64,000 bases of DNA, taken from positions 1,043,882 through 1,107,881 of the forward strand of contig CM082591.2 in NCBI GenBank assembly GCA_040954595.2, written 5' to 3'. This document shows positions 60,323-64,000 of this stretch, piece after piece. The notes below the pieces were generated by a model. That model did no database searches and had not been told where the DNA came from. It saw only the letters and a list, made by a program, of their open reading frames with translations. A program made the position numbers and the translations under genes. Source of the DNA: Balanoglossus misakiensis (taxonomy: Eukaryota; Animalia; Hemichordata). Numbering within the stretch: position 1 is the first letter of the stretch; each line of letters opens with the position of its first letter.

Positions 60323-63300
60323 TCATTCCATGAAGAATGGTTTCAGGGATTCCTTGAGGGTCCAATTCAGTTCGGGATCCTTCTGCTCGCGGCCTCCGGG
60401 TGTTTTCTGGTTCTGAAGGAAAACTTGATACAGCAAGGGCAACAACTCTGGCCACTGTGACATGGCATCGTCTTTTCTCAAGACAGTCACCTGTTCAGGA
60501 CACGAAAATAAACACCACATGGATGAAATCATATGAACCTTTCACCGCCATTTCCTTCAGTGGAGCCTACCGGGTATACTGGTCAAATTTTGAAATGCAA
60601 TGAGATCTTTAGGACTGGCATGAAAACAAAAATGGTGTGATAGCTTACCAAGTCTGGACGACGTATCGAACATGTTTCTGCCTCTCTGAGTATTTGTTTC
60701 AGGATCTCATTGTCTGGGTTTCTGTGCAAAACAATGCGGACCAATCACAGTGAGAATGTTAATATATATTGTGTTATCAACACACACACACACATATCAG
60801 ATCACACAACCACATACAAAATGCATTTATGTACAATAATATTCACTTACATTTCTGTCTGCTCAGTTATAGCAGCTGCGACCTTCTGAAGAAATTCCAA
60901 CTTCTTGCATGTTTCCCACATGAATGGGTGTCTGTCACCAGAGTTTTAAAAAAACAAGAGAGAATTATTACAGAAATTGTGTCAACAATCTTAAGTCCAT
61001 GCAAATGGTAAAAAGAGAATAACTGAAACACCAGAAAATAACTGTTCCTCAGAATGCCTGCTTTTGCTCTTTTGTCTCCAAATGAATTATTGTCACATCT
61101 ACACAATGTTTACCTAAAGATTTGTCCGATCGACGGACGTTGTCTGCGATCCTTCATCAACATCCATTCAACCAAGTGCTTTGCAACCAGACAGTCTAAC
61201 TGCATCTTATATTTCCCATCCTTGACATTTTGCTGTGTGGCTATGCTTTCTGCCTGAGGACTGAGTTTTCCAAACGGATGCTTTCCGATCGTCAATATAT
61301 AGTGGACCAGCATACCACAAACCTGTAAACATGGAATATTTATGAAGACATTACAATTTTCTAACTCTAAACCTATTTTCTAGCTCCAGTTTACACTCAC
61401 CCAATTTCCACCAAAACACATAACAGCTGAACTACATTTACGCTATATTTTGAATACAACTTGGAATATTTATTTATTTGTGTATTGTATGACTGAAGCA
61501 TACCTGTATGTCACTCTGCAGATGACAATCAACTTCTTGATTTTCATTGCTGAATAAAGTTTCTCTTGCTTGCCAACACTCAGTTCCTGTCATATGAACA
61601 TTGAGTACATTTAGAAAAAAACGGGTCTTGGTAATTCCATCAAATGTGGATTTGGTTGTCCATGCACTGATTTCGTAAACAGGACGCCTTTAAAACACAT
61701 TCATGCAAAAATAAAGCCAGTAGCTAGGTAAACAAATTTTGTATCTGTCTAACTGCCTGTAATCTCAACAAAGGACCTTTATCAAATGGACTTAACGTTA
61801 CCTGCTCCATATGCTGTCTGTCGAGTCAGTCTTGTATTGGTCCTGTCCAACTGACGACTGAGTCCAAAATCACTCAGCTTGGCTTTGCCATCACAACCAA
61901 TCAGAATGTTCTGGGGCTGAAGAAATAAACACACATGAAATCAATCATCTGTTTTTCATGATCATTTTCAAGTTTTGACTCTCAACCTTCTCCTCACACC
62001 AATTTGTCAACCCTACACACCTCAATTTTTAATATTTTCTGACAAAAACACCTGTAATGGCGGCCATTTTGACTTGACTACAACTTATCAGCCCCTGTCC
62101 ACATACAAGGCCACAGTTTCAGCCTACCCTTATATAACATCTTTCACTTACTTTGAGATCTCTGTGAACAATCCTCTCATCATGCAGGGCTTTCAAACCA
62201 CGGAACATGTCGACTACCAGGCGTTTGCGTTCCTCCCATGATATGCTATTATTCTCAGGATTTTCAATGTGCTCAGCCAATGTTCGTTCACACAGTTCCA
62301 TCACAAGATACACATACTCATCATCATTCTCATCATGCAAGAAGTCCTTTGGAGTGAAAAAAAAACAATGCAGAGTCATCTATTAGACGCAGAACACTCA
62401 AAAATATCCAATCTTAGATCTTAGTTGAGGGTTAGCATAGGTATTTCAGTTGAAATTCCAGCAAACTTATTTTTCATCCAGATTTTTGTCATAGCCTCTT
62501 GGGGTTGACAACTCAAGCCACTGTCACTTGCCATAAAAAAATAATGTTTTCATTGGGAATATTTTGTCTCGCAAATTTCAACTCAATCCCCAGGTCCTTG
62601 GAGTATGAGATTCCATCAATCTTAACCTCAGATAAGTAAGGATTGTTGCTGAACCCACAAAACATGTTGGCACATATTAGATTGATATCACAAAAATGTA
62701 TAAGTTAGGAGTAAAATACATGTACTTACATAATATGTGACAATGTTTGGAGATGACTGGACCTTTTTATAGTCGCTCATTTTGTGTTCTAGATCCTTGT
62801 GCTCCATCTTGTCTGGTTTGAGCATGCGTTTAACTGCAACTTCCAAATCTTTAGAAGCACAGCATCCAAGAAAGATTCTGGTGCCATCATTTCTGAAGAA
62901 GACAGCATTTGTAAATAAAGCTCACTATCTGTAACTTTTGGTTTCATGTTTGACTCCTTTTAGTTTTAGCAAGATTGAATGCCTCGTATTTATCTTCTCA
63001 ACATACCGGTAGTCCATTTGCGAATAATCATTACTGAGTTGTTCTCAAGTCCAGACATGATTCAATTTATCAACAATGCCTTATGAAAAATATCCACAAA
63101 TGTAACATGCACATTTTGATATATCTTCATTTTATATTGACTTACCCATCTGCTATTTTGAAGTCCGTTGACTTTCCAACTTTGTAGGGCCCCAGTTCTT
63201 TAAACATTTTCTTTTGAGTTTCAGCTTTCAACTTTTCCATCTTTGCTTCCCACACAGAGCTCTTGGAAACAACCTGCGACTGGAAAGTTGCAAAACAGGA

Positions 63301-63912
63301 GAAGACTTTCATGAAGTTCACAATCTCAAATTATTGACTCAATGCCCCATTATTTAGTGTGACTGTGTCTCGGCAAGGTGCCCATGAGGTTTACTTCTCA
63401 TATGCCAATCAAAGTATCTAGGTTTAGATTACTTTGCAACATTTGGCTACATTGCTTCTTTTAGTCTTAAATGTCTGGTGTATGTAGCTCAAGATAAATA
63501 CAGTATCTTTTTCCCTTATAAGTTCAAACACACCCATAGGATGATAGCATGATAATTAGCATATTTCTCACCTGGTTTGTCTCTTCACCAGGTGCATCAC
63601 CTCCCCTATTCTCAAATGATCCATGTCCCTCATTGCTATGGCGATCAGTACGGACCCTTTTTGCTGGTTGTGTTTCCGGTTCAGCAAGGCCTCGTTTGGC
63701 ATTTCTTTGTCGGTTATGAGACTGGTTGGAGCTGTCAATCTCTGCAGGCTCTCCAGCAGTATCTGTTGAAAAGTGTCCCTCATTGCTATGGCGATCAGTA
63801 CGGACCCTTTTTGCTGGTTGTGGTTCCGGTTCAGCATGGCCTCGTTTGGCATTTCTTTGTCGGTTATGAGACTGGTTGGAGCTGTCAGGCTCTGCAGGCT
63901 CTCCAGCAGTAT
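60323..63912 (-). CDS. IRE1/RNase L-related Ser/Thr kinase with a degenerate KEN (ribonuclease-like) domain; 5' part lies beyond the window
   Basis: Exons 63912-63572, 63273-63146, 62892-62730, 62346-62152, 61916-61802, 61586-61504, 61322-61114, 60931-60851, 60721-60649, 60490-60323, all phase-consistent. 'FKIADGNDGTRIFLG...EVAVKRM' (cf. RNase L YKIADTSEGGIYLG...EVAVK), 'YLVMELCERTL', 'HRDLKPQNILI', 'SDFGLSR', 'GTECWQARE', 'SDIQVCGMLVHYILTIGKHPFG', 'HPFMWETCKKLEFLQKV', 'WPELLPLLYQVF'. Confidence 0.88.
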
Positions 63913-63924
63913 CTGTTGAAAAGT
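63624..63924 (-). repeat. 150-bp near-perfect coding tandem duplication (2 x 50 aa) in the kinase-KEN gene
   Basis: 63624-63774 vs 63774-63924 differ at only a few positions; peptide 'DTAGEPAExDSSNQSHNRQRNAKRGxAEPExQPAKRVRTDRHSNEGH' occurs twice. Confidence 0.95.
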
Positions 63925-64000
63925 AGAAATGAAAGTATTGAAACATATTTTGAAACATTTTCGACTTTTGCATGGCACGTACAACAGGTTTTGTTGAGAA

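Noticed and set aside
1-64000. CRISPR arrays, prokaryotic operons, tRNA/rRNA/snoRNA genes, autonomous transposase or RT ORFs
   Set aside because: The DNA is spliceosomal-intron eukaryotic. I saw no repeat-spacer arrays, cloverleafs, correctly oriented C/D box pairs or transposase/RT motifs by eye. An Infernal/tRNAscan run would be needed to exclude small RNAs.

Overview
Intron-rich, AT-rich eukaryotic genomic DNA. It is metazoan; an invertebrate deuterostome such as a hemichordate or echinoderm is my inference from gene content. I assembled the spliced gene models by hand from GT-AG signals and frame continuity. In order: an ESE-class ETS factor (PNT + AT-hook + ETS, ELF3/EHF-like, +); a ~7.5 kb gene-poor spacer; POLD1 (-, 21 coding exons, ~1108 aa), head-to-head with a WSCD-type sulfotransferase-fold gene whose catalytic motifs are degenerate (+); five tandem MS4A/CD20-like four-TM genes (+, 24.9-47.2 kb); NCAPH2 (-) head-to-head with LMF2 (+), as in human; and the 3' part of an IRE1/RNase L-like kinase-KEN gene (-). 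Repeats include a 93-bp TTAA-flanked piggyBac-type MITE (five near-full and two partial copies), an 830-bp non-autonomous TIR element, two 91-bp fold-back elements and several micro/minisatellites. The two most interesting candidates: (1) the MS4A array, where one membrane module carries very different cytoplasmic tails (ITIM-like+PDZ, pTyr-rich, PY-motif, nearly tailless), as in a paired activating/inhibitory receptor cluster; (2) the kinase-KEN protein, with intact kinase motifs, an apparently dead RNase site and a duplicated NLS-bearing exon segment. No database searches were run, so family calls rest on recognised motifs.
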